Shown here in pieces: positions 51,568 to 61,805 of a stretch of 64,000 nt of DNA. Numbering within the stretch: the first letter of the stretch is position 1; every line of letters begins with the position of its first letter. A program made the position numbers and the translations under genes. The notes below the pieces were generated by a model. The model had not been told where the DNA came from and searched no databases. It saw only the letters and a program-made list of their open reading frames with translations. The stretch comes from OCS116 cluster bacterium AG-430-B22 (lineage in GTDB: Bacteria > Pseudomonadota > Alphaproteobacteria > MED-G09), in the NCBI GenBank assembly GCA_003209955.1, contig QCOD01000008.1:508-64507 (forward strand), read 5' to 3'.

Positions 51568-52806
51568 ATGTCATTAATCCTACCCTTTAAAGCTCTAAGA
51601 CCATCAATAGATAAGGCTAGTGATGTAATTGCGCCACCTTACGATGTTTTAGATTCTGGTGAAGCAAGAGAAATGGCAAAAGACAAACCATATAGTTTTT
51701 TGCATATCTCAAAACCAGAAATTGATCTTGAGGAAGAAATAAATTTTAATGATGAAAGCGTTTATAAAAAAGGGGCAGAAAATTTAAAAAATTTTATCGA
51801 GGAGGGTATTCTTTATCAAGATAAGAAGGAATGTTTATATCTTTATGAAATAACCCTTGATAACAAGACTCAGACAGGATTTGGTTGTATTGCTTCAATT
51901 GAAGCTTATAACAAAAATATAATAAAAAAACATGAATTTACAACTCCAATAAAAGAAGATGATCGTGTTTTAAATATCAAAGAGCTTGAAGCTCAAACAG
52001 GTCCTGTTTTACTGGCTTACAAACAGAACTCTTTTATGAAAAAAGTATTAAAGGAAAATAAAAAAGGTGATCCAATTTATAGTGTAATAGGTCCAGACTC
52101 TTCAGAACATAAAATATGGCCAATAGAAGATGAACTAGAGATAAATAAAATTGTTTCTGAAGTGAATTCCATGGGTACATTATATATAGCTGATGGACAT
52201 CATAGATCTGCTGCTGCATCAAGAGTTAGTCAAGAAATAAATGAATCTGGAACTAATAATTCAAAAAGTCACAATTTTTTTCTATCAGTTGCTTTCCCTC
52301 ACTCTGAAATGAATATCTTAGATTACAATAGAATTATTTCAGGATTAAATAATTATACTTCAGATGAACTTTTAAATGAGATTAATAAAAATTTTATAAT
52401 TAATAATATTTCTAGTTCATGCAAGCCTGTTCAAAATAAAGAATTTGGAATGTTTTTGGATAACGCTTGGTACAAACTTAATTTAAGAGAAAGTATCGCT
52501 ATAAAGGATGATCCAGTCAATTCATTAGATGTGTCTATTTTACACAATTTAATTATTTCTCCATTACTTGGAATTGAAGATGAGAGAAGAGATAAAAGGA
52601 TAAATTTTGTAGGCGGTGCGAGAGGGGTAGAAGAATTAGAAAAAAGAGTAAAACATGGTAAATACGATATAGCTTTTTCTTTATTCCCAACCCCTATTGA
52701 AGCACTTTTTAAGGTTGCAGATGCAGATAAGGTAATGCCTCCTAAATCTACATGGTTTGAACCAAAGTTACTTGATGGATTACTATCTCATAAGATAAAT
52801 GATTAA
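51568..52806 (+). CDS. DUF1015 family protein
   Basis: MSLILPFKALRP....VIAPPYDVL and YIADGHHR are DUF1015 hallmarks. The internal ATG at 51568 matches homologous N-termini better than 51529. Confidence 0.8.
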   Translation: MSLILPFKALRPSIDKASDVIAPPYDVLDSGEAREMAKDKPYSFLHISKPEIDLEEEINFNDESVYKKGAENLKNFIEEGILYQDKKECLYLYEITLDNKTQTGFGCIASIEAYNKNIIKKHEFTTPIKEDDRVLNIKELEAQTGPVLLAYKQNSFMKKVLKENKKGDPIYSVIGPDSSEHKIWPIEDELEINKIVSEVNSMGTLYIADGHHRSAAASRVSQEINESGTNNSKSHNFFLSVAFPHSEMNILDYNRIISGLNNYTSDELLNEINKNFIINNISSSCKPVQNKEFGMFLDNAWYKLNLRESIAIKDDPVNSLDVSILHNLIISPLLGIEDERRDKRINFVGGARGVEELEKRVKHGKYDIAFSLFPTPIEALFKVADADKVMPPKSTWFEPKLLDGLLSHKIND

Positions 52807-54272
52807 TCAGTCTGCTCTTTATTAAATGAAAGCGCAACCAAAGATGAAACTCTGTATTCTGGTCTCCAAACCCTAAGAAGAATTCTTTCATCTCCAGCAT
52901 CTTTTCTTTCCTGAAGAATTTTATAAACTTGATCGGGGTTTACGACTTTGACTGTGGATTGATAAGTCATATTGCCTGTGACTTTTTGATAAGTAACACT
53001 CATTAAAACACTTCCTGAGGTAATCTTTTTTGAGATAGCCTCTGAGTCTTCATCAACATCTATAACTGCAACACCAATTATATTTGAAGGAATATTTTCT
53101 TTTCTGCGTATTTCAGCTGTAAGTTCTCCAAAACTAATACCTAAAATCTTTTTTGACTCTCCCTCAACTTCACCTTTAAGAAAAGACTCCTCATTACCCT
53201 CTAATCTTCCTAATTTAACAGTGACAGTTTTATTTTTTCCAAGTCGGATTAATTCGACTTTAACCCTTTTACCTATATCAGTATTTGCAACATTAGTTGT
53301 TAATTCTCTCATTTTATTAATGTCTTTACCGCCAAATTTAATAATAACATCACCGGTTTCTATACCAGCTTTATCTGCGGGACCTCCTTTAACAACATCC
53401 TGCACAAGTGCTCCTCTTTCTTCCTTTAAATCCATATCTTTGGCTACATCTTCAGTAACATCCTGAATGACAACACCTAACCAACCTCTTCTTGTTTCGC
53501 CATATTCCTTTAATTGACTAATAACAGGTTGAACTAATTCAGAGGGTATTGAAAAGCCTATACCAATAGATCCACCAGTTTGCGAAAAAATCATTGTATT
53601 AACTCCAATAACTTCTCCATCAAGATTTATAAGCGGTCCACCAGAGTTCCCTTTATTAATCGGTGCATCAGTTTGAATAAAGCTGTCATAAGGGCCTGAG
53701 CGAATATCTCTGCCTACTGCAGAAATAATACCTGCTGTTACGCTTCCTCCAAGCCCAAGAGGATTACCAATAGCAATTACCCATTCTCCAACTTTTGACT
53801 TTTTGCTATCTCCAAAAGTAATAAAAGGTAGGTCTTTATCCGCTTCAATCTTAAGAAGTGCTAAATCCATTCTGGAATCTAGGCCTACAACATCAGCTAC
53901 AAATGTTTCATCATTATTAAGTGTTACTTTTACTGTGGTTGCACCCTCAACGACATGATTATTGGTTACAATATAACCATCGCTTGAAATTATAAAACCT
54001 GAACCACCTGACCTTTGAGGCCGTCTATTTTTTCTATTAGGTCTCCTTTCAAAAAAATCTCTAAACGGATCATCAAAAAAGAAAGGTGGGACTTCTCTAG
54101 ATTCATCCTCATCATCTTCCTCTTTAAATTCCTTTTCTGAAAGAATATTAACAACAGAAGGAGAGTATTCTTCTGCTAACTCAGTAAAATCAGGTAATTC
54201 AATAGAATAAACAGGGCCTGAAACAAAAAATAGAAATAGAACAAAGAAATAGTATCGACTGAAGCTTATCAT
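52803..54272 (-). CDS. degP: Periplasmic serine endoprotease DegP/HtrA (Do family, two PDZ domains)
   Basis: It has a signal peptide, the catalytic triad context (TNNHVV, D..LLKI, GNSGGPL) and two PDZ-like segments. Confidence 0.92.
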   Translation of the reverse strand: MISFSRYYFFVLFLFFVSGPVYSIELPDFTELAEEYSPSVVNILSEKEFKEEDDEDESREVPPFFFDDPFRDFFERRPNRKNRRPQRSGGSGFIISSDGYIVTNNHVVEGATTVKVTLNNDETFVADVVGLDSRMDLALLKIEADKDLPFITFGDSKKSKVGEWVIAIGNPLGLGGSVTAGIISAVGRDIRSGPYDSFIQTDAPINKGNSGGPLINLDGEVIGVNTMIFSQTGGSIGIGFSIPSELVQPVISQLKEYGETRRGWLGVVIQDVTEDVAKDMDLKEERGALVQDVVKGGPADKAGIETGDVIIKFGGKDINKMRELTTNVANTDIGKRVKVELIRLGKNKTVTVKLGRLEGNEESFLKGEVEGESKKILGISFGELTAEIRRKENIPSNIIGVAVIDVDEDSEAISKKITSGSVLMSVTYQKVTGNMTYQSTVKVVNPDQVYKILQERKDAGDERILLRVWRPEYRVSSLVALSFNKEQTD

Positions 54273-54276
54273 TATT

Positions 54277-55260
54277 TTAATCTAGCTTAACTAATTCGGG
54301 GCATAACTTATCACTCAATCTATCATTGCTTTGAATTACGCTTATTAATTCAATATTCTCTTTGCTAAGTTTGGTGATATTAGAGTTATCATTAGATATC
54401 GCATTTGGGTCATTGAGAAATTTAAAAAACTCACTGTCTGGTGATAAAACTATAGTTGTATCTGACCCAAGAGACTCTTCATATGATTTCATCGAGCGAT
54501 AAAAAGCGAAGAAATCCGGATCAAGACCATAAGCAGAAGCAAAAATTCTATTCCTACATGCATCACCAGTGCCTCTTATAATCTCAGCATCTCTGGTAGC
54601 TTCTGCCACGAGAACTGTAACTTTTTTTTCAGCTTCAGCTCTTATTCCTCTTGAAATTTCTTGGCCTTTAGCCCTAAATTCTGCAGCCTCTTGCTGTCTT
54701 TCAGTTTGCATTCTTCTATATATAGCCTGACTATTTGCATCGGGTAGATCTGCTCTTTTAATTCTAACATCTATAATATTTATCCCTAAATCATTTGCCT
54801 GCACATTAACTATTTCGCTAATACGAGCCATTAATTCATCTCTTTCATCTCTAACAACAGTTACAAACTTTTCACCACCTAAAACAGACCTTAAACTAGA
54901 AGAAACAATAGCTTGAAGTCTTGAGCGAGCAATTCTTTCATCGCGAACACTTATATAAAACTGAAGAGGATCACTTATTTGCCATCTGGTAAATGAATCA
55001 ACAACCAAACGCTTTTGATCTGATGCAATAACTTCCTCTGCAGGTGAATCTAAATCAAGAATTCTACGGTCTAAAAATTGAACTTGCTGAATGAATGGCA
55101 CTTTAATTTTAAGGCCAGCATCAGTTATGGGAGCACCAACTGGTCTCCCAAATTGCAGAACAATAGCTTGTTTTGTTTCATGTACAGAATAAAATGTATT
55201 AACTGAAACTAAAAATAGTAGACCCAAAAAAATCAGTAATGCTATTTGCTTTCCTTTCAT
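54277..55260 (-). CDS. hflC: Protease modulator HflC
   Basis: This SPFH/band-7 domain protein has a single N-terminal TM. It directly follows hflK with a TAATG overlap. Confidence 0.92.
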   Translation of the reverse strand: MKGKQIALLIFLGLLFLVSVNTFYSVHETKQAIVLQFGRPVGAPITDAGLKIKVPFIQQVQFLDRRILDLDSPAEEVIASDQKRLVVDSFTRWQISDPLQFYISVRDERIARSRLQAIVSSSLRSVLGGEKFVTVVRDERDELMARISEIVNVQANDLGINIIDVRIKRADLPDANSQAIYRRMQTERQQEAAEFRAKGQEISRGIRAEAEKKVTVLVAEATRDAEIIRGTGDACRNRIFASAYGLDPDFFAFYRSMKSYEESLGSDTTIVLSPDSEFFKFLNDPNAISNDNSNITKLSKENIELISVIQSNDRLSDKLCPELVKLD

Positions 55261-56360
55261 TATTGATCTCCTTTTTTTCTTACTTCATTGAGAGGCAGGT
55301 ATGGTAATACCCCCTGTCCACCTACTGCATCACTATCAATAATTACTTTATTCATATCATTAAAAACTTTTTCCATGGTTTCTAAAAACAACCTCTGTCG
55401 AGTAACATCTTTTGCTTCGATATATTCGGAATATATGGATACAAACCTTTTAGCTTGTCCTTCAGCTTCAGCAACAGTTTGGGATTGATATGCTTCTGAT
55501 TCTCTTCTAATCTTTTCTGATTCACCTTGAGCTTCTGGTACAACCTTATTTGCATAAGCATTAGCCTCGTTTCTTGCTCTTTCTTGGTCAGCTCTTGCAG
55601 CCTGAACATCTCTAAAAGAATCAATAACGGCTGAAGGTGGATCAACTTTCTGCATCTTTACTTCTCTGATCTGTATTCCAGCACCATAAGAATCTAATGT
55701 TTCTTGCATTAATCCTCGTACATCTTCTTCAGTTTTTTGTCTTGCGCCAGTTAATATTGGTTGAATTTCTGAATTACCTACAACTTCTCTCATAGCGCTC
55801 TCTGCAACGGCTTTGATGGTTCTTTCAGGAAATTGAATTCTAAACAAGAAGGCTGCCGCATCGCTAATAACCCAAAAAACAGAAAAATCTATGTCTACAA
55901 TATTTTCATCACCAGTTAGCATTAAGCTCTCTTCTGGAACATCTCTCATTGATCGAGAGGTATTCCCAAATGATGATGATGATGATCCTCTCATTCCAAT
56001 GTCAATTCTATTTACAATAGTAACTTTTGGTGTCTTAACGCTTTCGATTGGCCAAGGAAGATGGTAATGAAGACCAGGAGAAGTTTGGCTAACGAACTTT
56101 CCAAATCTTAAAACGACACCTTGCTCGTCAGCATTAACTCTATATAAACCACTAAGAGCCCATAATAAAACAACGATAATAAAAAGGAGAAAAAAACCTC
56201 TTTTTCCTTTACCACCACCTGGTATTAACCTGTTTAAGTTTTTTTGAAATCCATCAAATGGGTTTTCAAAATTAGGTTGCCTTTGATTATTTGATGAACC
56301 TCCCCATGGATCTCTATTATCACCATTCCAACCACTTGTATTTTTATTTACTGTTGTCAT
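55260..56360 (-). CDS. hflK: Protease modulator HflK
   Basis: A Gly/Asn-rich N-terminus and TM are followed by an SPFH domain and a coiled-coil (QAARADQERARNEA). Confidence 0.92.
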   Translation of the reverse strand: MTTVNKNTSGWNGDNRDPWGGSSNNQRQPNFENPFDGFQKNLNRLIPGGGKGKRGFFLLFIIVVLLWALSGLYRVNADEQGVVLRFGKFVSQTSPGLHYHLPWPIESVKTPKVTIVNRIDIGMRGSSSSSFGNTSRSMRDVPEESLMLTGDENIVDIDFSVFWVISDAAAFLFRIQFPERTIKAVAESAMREVVGNSEIQPILTGARQKTEEDVRGLMQETLDSYGAGIQIREVKMQKVDPPSAVIDSFRDVQAARADQERARNEANAYANKVVPEAQGESEKIRRESEAYQSQTVAEAEGQAKRFVSIYSEYIEAKDVTRQRLFLETMEKVFNDMNKVIIDSDAVGGQGVLPYLPLNEVRKKGDQ

Positions 56361-56466
56361 AAAACCTACTACTTTTATTTAAAACTAATTACCTTATGTG
56401 GCTCTTATAGGACAAAATTCAATACCAGGTAAATAGATTTTATAAATATTAACAAAATTTAATCAA

Positions 56467-57528
56467 ATGGATAGGAAAATGTCTAATATATCTAAAGAAG
56501 AAATATTAAAATTAGTAAAAGAAATTTCTTTAGATAAAGATGAAAGTATTTTCTCAAGCGATTTAATTGAAGATATAGTGATCAAAGAAGGTCATGTTCA
56601 AATATCAATATTTGCCACTAAAGATAATTTTCAAATTTTAGAAAAAGTAGGCAAAAAGATTGAAAAAACCCTAAAAAAATCAATCAACGCATTAAGTATT
56701 ACATCTGTTCTAACAAACCATATTGAAAGCAATCAAGTAGATCAAAAAGATGATCAAGTAGATCAAAAAGATGATAATGAAAGCCTTAAAAAGGTTAAAA
56801 ATATTATTGCCATTGCCAGTGGCAAGGGAGGAGTTGGAAAATCTACTCTTGCTGTAAATATAGCATATTCATTTCTCAAACAAAATTTCAAAGTTGGTCT
56901 CCTGGACGCTGATATACACGGCCCATCTATACCTCATATGCTAAATTTAGAAGGTAAACCTGAATTAAATGAAAACAGAAAAATAATTCCTTTTGATTAT
57001 AAGGGAATTAAAGTGATATCGATTGGCTTCTTACTTAATGAAGATCAACCAGTAATATGGAGAGGGCCTATGGTGCATTCAGCCATTAAACAAATGGCAC
57101 AAGATACTGATTGGGGTAACCTTGATATCTTAATTGTAGATATGCCTCCAGGTACTGGTGATGCTCAAATTACCGTTTCTCAAAACCTACCTTTGAATGG
57201 AGCAATTGTAATATCAACCCCTCAATCTGTTGCCCTTAATGATGCAAAAAAAGCAATAGGTATGTTTGAAAAAGTTGATGTCAAAATTCTTGGTATTGTA
57301 GAAAATATGTCCTACTTTATTCTTCCAGACGGATCTAAGGAGGATATTTTTGGTAAAGATGGAGGAAAAAACTTAGCTAAAGAATTAAAAGTTAATTTTA
57401 TTGGGTCTATTCCTCTAGATAAAGAAATCAGATTAAATTCTGATCTAGGTGACCCCTCAAAGCTTGAAGAAAAATATTTTGATGAAATAGTTAATTCTTT
57501 TTTAAAAAATTCAAAATTAAAAATTTAG
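56467..57528 (+). CDS. apbC: Fe-S cluster carrier ATPase Mrp/ApbC
   Basis: An N-terminal DUF59-like domain is followed by a deviant Walker A SGKGGVGKST, and DMPPGTGD. Confidence 0.9.
   Translation: MDRKMSNISKEEILKLVKEISLDKDESIFSSDLIEDIVIKEGHVQISIFATKDNFQILEKVGKKIEKTLKKSINALSITSVLTNHIESNQVDQKDDQVDQKDDNESLKKVKNIIAIASGKGGVGKSTLAVNIAYSFLKQNFKVGLLDADIHGPSIPHMLNLEGKPELNENRKIIPFDYKGIKVISIGFLLNEDQPVIWRGPMVHSAIKQMAQDTDWGNLDILIVDMPPGTGDAQITVSQNLPLNGAIVISTPQSVALNDAKKAIGMFEKVDVKILGIVENMSYFILPDGSKEDIFGKDGGKNLAKELKVNFIGSIPLDKEIRLNSDLGDPSKLEEKYFDEIVNSFLKNSKLKI
56734..56775 (+). repeat. Perfect 21-bp tandem duplication (CAAGTAGATCAAAAAGATGAT x2) inside apbC
   Basis: Read directly. It encodes QVDQKDD twice in the linker between the DUF59-like and ATPase domains. 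Confidence 0.9.
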
Positions 57529-58437
57529 TTTATGACCAGATATATTCCAATCTGTTTTTACTAATCTACCAGTTGAGGAAAGAGTTATATAAGCTGTCTT
57601 TAAATCATCTCCACCAAAACAGATATTCGTAGTAAGTAAATCATCTGTTTCAAAAAATTCATAGCCAGATTTATCTGGAGCAATTCTTGTAATGCCACCT
57701 TTAAATATTGTTGCTACATTTATCCAGCCTTCTGAATCCACTGCTAAAGAGTCAAATAAAGCTAGTTCAGCTGAACCGTGGATAAAATGCATACCACTAT
57801 GTACTCCAAAAGATTTTGGTCCACTTATTACTCCAGGTTCAGTTATTGGATAACCCCATAGCCTCCCAGGAGTAGTATCGGCAACATACACGACATCTTC
57901 ATTTGGAGATAATCCCACACCATTGGCGCTTTCAATGGGAAAAACCACTTCTTTTATAAACTTACCATCTGGTGTTGCATAAAATAATGCTCCCTGATCT
58001 TTCTGCCTGCCATAAGATTTACCAAGATCTGTAAACCAAAAACCACCCTCTTTATCGAAAACTATATCATTAGGTCCTTTTAGTGGGTTTCCATCACATT
58101 CAGTGTAAATTGTTTCTATTGAACCAGTTTTAAGATCAACCTTTTCTATCCTTCCTCCAGAATAATTATCGCCCTGTCCTCCAGGTATTAAAAGGCCGTC
58201 TATATTATGCCATTCAAATCCACCATTATTACAAACATAAACACATCCATCAGGGCCTATAGCTGCTCCATTTGGACCGCCACCAAGCTCTGCGATAATA
58301 TCTTTTGATCCATTTTTATGAACTTGCGTTAATGTACCTCTTGCAATTTCTACTAATATTATTGATCCATCTGGCATAGCGATCGGGCCTTCTGGAAACA
58401 TTAAATCGTTTGTGATCTCTATGTATTCTTTTTTCAT
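57517..58437 (-). CDS. SMP-30/gluconolactonase/LRE-family beta-propeller protein
   Basis: FPEGPI..PDGS, GGPNGAA.GPDG and NDIVFD..GGFWFTD repeats are typical of the family. Confidence 0.8.
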   Translation of the reverse strand: MKKEYIEITNDLMFPEGPIAMPDGSIILVEIARGTLTQVHKNGSKDIIAELGGGPNGAAIGPDGCVYVCNNGGFEWHNIDGLLIPGGQGDNYSGGRIEKVDLKTGSIETIYTECDGNPLKGPNDIVFDKEGGFWFTDLGKSYGRQKDQGALFYATPDGKFIKEVVFPIESANGVGLSPNEDVVYVADTTPGRLWGYPITEPGVISGPKSFGVHSGMHFIHGSAELALFDSLAVDSEGWINVATIFKGGITRIAPDKSGYEFFETDDLLTTNICFGGDDLKTAYITLSSTGRLVKTDWNISGHKLNF

Positions 58438-58449
58438 AAGAATATCTTA

Positions 58450-58953
58450 TTAAATTTTTTCGTAAATTACCATCGAATGATAAGCATCGTCTTCCGGTTC
58501 TTTTGATTTTTCTTCGCGTTTTACTTCTTTAAATTTTGAGCTATCTATTTTAGGAAAAAAAGCATCACCTTCGACTTCTATATCAACTTCGGTTATATAT
58601 AATCGGTCAGATACAGTTATGAATTCATTATAAATATAACCGCCGCCAATAATCATTATTTCATCTGCACCATTTTCTTTAGCTCTTTGTTTTGCAATCG
58701 TAATAGCTTCGTCAGGTGATGAGGTTAGTATTGCACCCTCCAAATTAAGATTTTTATTTCTAGAGATAACAATATTGTCTCTGTTAGGAAGAGGTCTTCC
58801 AATTGAATCCCATGTCTTTCTCCCCATTATTACAGGCTTGTAAGAAGTAATTTTTTTAAATTTTTTTAAATCAGAAGGTATATTCCATGGAAGATCGCCA
58901 TCGGCTCCAATAACGCCATTCTTATCAATTGCTGCAATTAAACTAATAATCAT
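58450..58953 (-). CDS. folA: Dihydrofolate reductase
   Basis: MIISLIAAIDKNGVIGADGDLPWNIPSDLKKFK...GRKTWDSIG is canonical DHFR. The track's 27-aa N-terminal extension overlaps thyA and was discarded. Confidence 0.92.
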   Translation of the reverse strand: MIISLIAAIDKNGVIGADGDLPWNIPSDLKKFKKITSYKPVIMGRKTWDSIGRPLPNRDNIVISRNKNLNLEGAILTSSPDEAITIAKQRAKENGADEIMIIGGGYIYNEFITVSDRLYITEVDIEVEGDAFFPKIDSSKFKEVKREEKSKEPEDDAYHSMVIYEKI

Positions 58954-58957
58954 TTTA

Positions 58958-59752
58958 CTAAACAGCAACTGGAGCAGAAATGTGAGGATGCGGATCATAA
59001 TCCTCAAGAATAAAATCCTCATACTCGAAATCAAAAATTGTTTTTGGATTAGAGGTTATTTTCATTTTTGGTAATGATTTAGGGGATCTTGCTAGCTGCT
59101 CTTCAGCTTGAGAAAAGTGATTTGAATATAAATGCGCATCACCAAAAGTATGAACAAATTCACCAAGATTTAATTTAGTAACTTTTGCTATCATCATAGT
59201 TAAAAGCGCATAAGAAGCGATATTAAATGGTACACCAAGAAAAATATCAGCAGATCTTTGATAGAGCTGGCAGGATAGTTTTCCATTACTAACATAGAAT
59301 TGAAAAAGACAATGGCATGGCGGTAAAGCCATTTTTTCAACATCCGTTGGATTCCAAGCTGAGACAATTAATCTTCTGGAGTCAGGGTTATTCTCTATTT
59401 GCTCAATAAGTTGAGTAATTTGATCGATTTTTCCTCCATCATCTGAAGGCCAAGATCTCCATTGATGACCGTAAACAGGGCCCAACTCTCCATTACTGTC
59501 AGCCCATTCATCCCATATACTTACCCCATTATCTTTTAGATACTTGATATTTGTTTCGCCTTTCAAAAACCATAAAAGCTCATATATTATTGATTTCAAA
59601 TGTACTTTTTTTGTTGTTAATAATGGAAAACTTTCGGCTAGATCAAATCTCATTTGATGACCGAATACTGATCTTGTTCCTGTTCCAGTTCTATCAGATT
59701 TTTCTTCACCATTATCCATAACATGACGAAGAAGGTTTAAGTACTGTTGCAT
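58958..59752 (-). CDS. thyA: Thymidylate synthase (ThyA)
   Basis: [16 protein letters not shown]...DRTGTGT, LPPCH.LFQFYV and DAHLYSNH are present. Confidence 0.96.
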   Translation of the reverse strand: MQQYLNLLRHVMDNGEEKSDRTGTGTRSVFGHQMRFDLAESFPLLTTKKVHLKSIIYELLWFLKGETNIKYLKDNGVSIWDEWADSNGELGPVYGHQWRSWPSDDGGKIDQITQLIEQIENNPDSRRLIVSAWNPTDVEKMALPPCHCLFQFYVSNGKLSCQLYQRSADIFLGVPFNIASYALLTMMIAKVTKLNLGEFVHTFGDAHLYSNHFSQAEEQLARSPKSLPKMKITSNPKTIFDFEYEDFILEDYDPHPHISAPVAV

Positions 59753-59830
59753 AAATTACTCCACGACTCACATTCTATTTTAAACAAGTTATTTGACACT
59801 TCAAATTTTAATTGATCCCGTATATAACTA

Positions 59831-60130
59831 ATTTGCTGTTTACAGCTATGGCAATAAACGGATTATGTAATAAACTTATCGGACCCGGGGGCGGTACCCG
59901 GCACCTCCACCATAAATATGGGGGTGAAATAGGATCGACGAAAGTGTAAAGATTCTCTTTTTGCTCGGCATTGTACCGCCGTTATCGGGCTATTTTATAG
60001 TTGCAAATGACGACTATGCAGAGCTACCTCTCGCTGCTTAAGCGCGAGCGCTCAAATTAACTCCTAATTAGTTGCATAATTAGGCGGGGCTTGAGAAGCG
60101 CCTGGCAACAGAAGCTTCTCGCTAATTTAA
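59831..60130 (+). ncRNA. ssrA: Two-piece (circularly permuted) alphaproteobacterial tmRNA gene: acceptor piece, then coding piece
   Basis: The acceptor piece ends at ...GGAC-CCGGG-GGCGGTA-CCCGG-CACCTCC-ACCA (59881-59912). The coding piece starts GGGGGTGAAATAGGATCGACG at 59920. The seven acceptor pairs include G3:U. The tag ORF GCA AAT GAC GAC TAT GCA GAG CTA CCT CTC GCT GCT TAA (60003-60041) encodes ANDDYAELPLAA. The outer boundaries are estimated. Confidence 0.85.
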
Positions 60131-60192
60131 TAAAAATTAAATTTTCCTCTAAAAAAGAGTCAGCTATAATGAATTTTTTTTTAGGAGTTGTT

Positions 60193-61584
60193 TTGGTAAA
60201 AAACAGAAAAGAATCTGACTCTTTTGGTTATATAAATGTCCCAGCCAATGCATATTGGGGAGCGCAAACTCAAAGATCATTAAAAAACTTTGATATAGGT
60301 AATGAAGTTATACCAACCTCTATAATAAAAAGTTTAGGTATTATCAAACTTGCAGCTGCAAAAGTTAATTACGCACAAGGTAAACTTGATAAAAAAATTA
60401 GTAATGCGATTGTAAAAGCTTCAAAAGAAGTTATTTCTGGAAAATTAAATGATCACTTCCCTTTGTCTGTATGGCAAACTGGATCAGGCACTCAATCAAA
60501 TATGAATGCTAACGAAGTTATTTCAAATCGAGCGATTGAATTACTCGGTGGGAAAAAAGGGTCAAAAACACCAGTGCATCCTAATGATCACTGCAATATG
60601 TCTCAGTCATCAAATGATACTTTTCCAACAGCAATGCATATTGCATGCGCATTAGATACTAAAGAAAAATTACTTCCATCTCTTAAAAAACTTTCCAATA
60701 TACTTAAAACCAAGTCAGAAGAATTTAAAGATACAGTAAAAATAGGAAGAACTCATTTACAAGATGCTACACCTGTTACTCTTGGGCAAGAATTCTCTGG
60801 TTATTACACTCAAGTGGAAAAAGGGATCGAGCGCGTTAATAAATCTTTAGAAGATATAATGTATCTTGCTCAAGGCGGAACAGCTGTTGGCACCGGTATA
60901 AATTCAAAAAAAGGTTTTGATAAAAAATTTGCAAAAGAATGTAGTATATTTCTTAACATGAAATTTGAAACTGCTGATAATAAGTTTGAAGCTTTAGCAA
61001 CTCATGATGCAATAGTTGAATTTTCTGGATCTTTAAACACATTATCGTCATCATTATTTAAAATTGCTAACGATATTCGACTTTTAGGCTCAGGTCCTAG
61101 AGCAGGTCTTGGTGAAATACAACTACCTGAAAATGAACCCGGATCTTCAATAATGCCTGGTAAAGTAAATCCTACTCAATGTGAAGCTATGACAATGTTA
61201 TGCGTTCAAGTGATGGGAAATCATTCAGCAATAACAATAGGCGGAAGTCAGGGTCATTTAGAATTAAATGTTTATAAGCCTATGATTGCCTATAATATTT
61301 TGCAGTCAATTAAATTATTATCGGATGGTTGTAATAGTTTTGTTAAAAATTGTATTTCAGGCATTAAGTTAAATAAAAAAATGATTGATCTACATCTTAA
61401 TAATTCTTTAATGTTAGTCACATCATTAGCACCAGTAATTGGTTATGATAGAGCAGCTGAAATAGCAAAAAAAGCTCATAAGAATGGAACAACCCTTAAG
61501 GAAGAGGCAATAAAATTAAAATATATCTCTGAAAAGGAATATGACAAGATAGTTCGTCCTGAAAAAATGATTAAGCCATCTTAA
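60193..61584 (+). CDS. fumC: Class II fumarate hydratase
   Basis: It has the [13 protein letters not shown] lyase signature. With the TTG at 60193 the N-terminus [29 protein letters not shown] parallels E. coli MNTVRSEKDSMGAIDVP. AGGAG lies 5 nt upstream. The track start 60091 would run into the tmRNA. Confidence 0.93.
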   Translation: MVKNRKESDSFGYINVPANAYWGAQTQRSLKNFDIGNEVIPTSIIKSLGIIKLAAAKVNYAQGKLDKKISNAIVKASKEVISGKLNDHFPLSVWQTGSGTQSNMNANEVISNRAIELLGGKKGSKTPVHPNDHCNMSQSSNDTFPTAMHIACALDTKEKLLPSLKKLSNILKTKSEEFKDTVKIGRTHLQDATPVTLGQEFSGYYTQVEKGIERVNKSLEDIMYLAQGGTAVGTGINSKKGFDKKFAKECSIFLNMKFETADNKFEALATHDAIVEFSGSLNTLSSSLFKIANDIRLLGSGPRAGLGEIQLPENEPGSSIMPGKVNPTQCEAMTMLCVQVMGNHSAITIGGSQGHLELNVYKPMIAYNILQSIKLLSDGCNSFVKNCISGIKLNKKMIDLHLNNSLMLVTSLAPVIGYDRAAEIAKKAHKNGTTLKEEAIKLKYISEKEYDKIVRPEKMIKPS

Positions 61585-61585
61585 G

Positions 61586-61804
61586 ATGGTAAATCAGATA
61601 AAAAAGACTGTAAGACTTAATGGTCATACAACTAGCCTTGCTCTAGAAAAAGAATTCTGGAAAGAACTTAATATTATTGCAAATGATCAATCTTTATCGC
61701 TAAATAAATTAATAGAAAAAATAGATACAATTGAAAGAAAGGGAAGCCTAGCTTCATCGATAAGGGTTCATATATTAAAAACACTAAAAGATCGAAACAA
61801 TTAA
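61586..61804 (+). CDS. Ribbon-helix-helix domain protein (RHH_4-like)
   Basis: This 72-aa protein has KKTVRLNGHTTSLALEKEFW..L..IA....LSLN.LI..ID......LASSIRV.IL, matching a small family conserved in alphaproteobacteria. Confidence 0.7.
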   Translation: MVNQIKKTVRLNGHTTSLALEKEFWKELNIIANDQSLSLNKLIEKIDTIERKGSLASSIRVHILKTLKDRNN

Positions 61805-61805
61805 A

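Noticed and set aside
60091-60192. The ORF-track N-terminal extension of fumC (start at TTG 60091).
   Set aside because: The extension overlaps the 3' part of the tmRNA gene and has no counterpart in FumC homologues. The TTG at 60193 has AGGAG 5 nt upstream and restores the conserved N-terminus.
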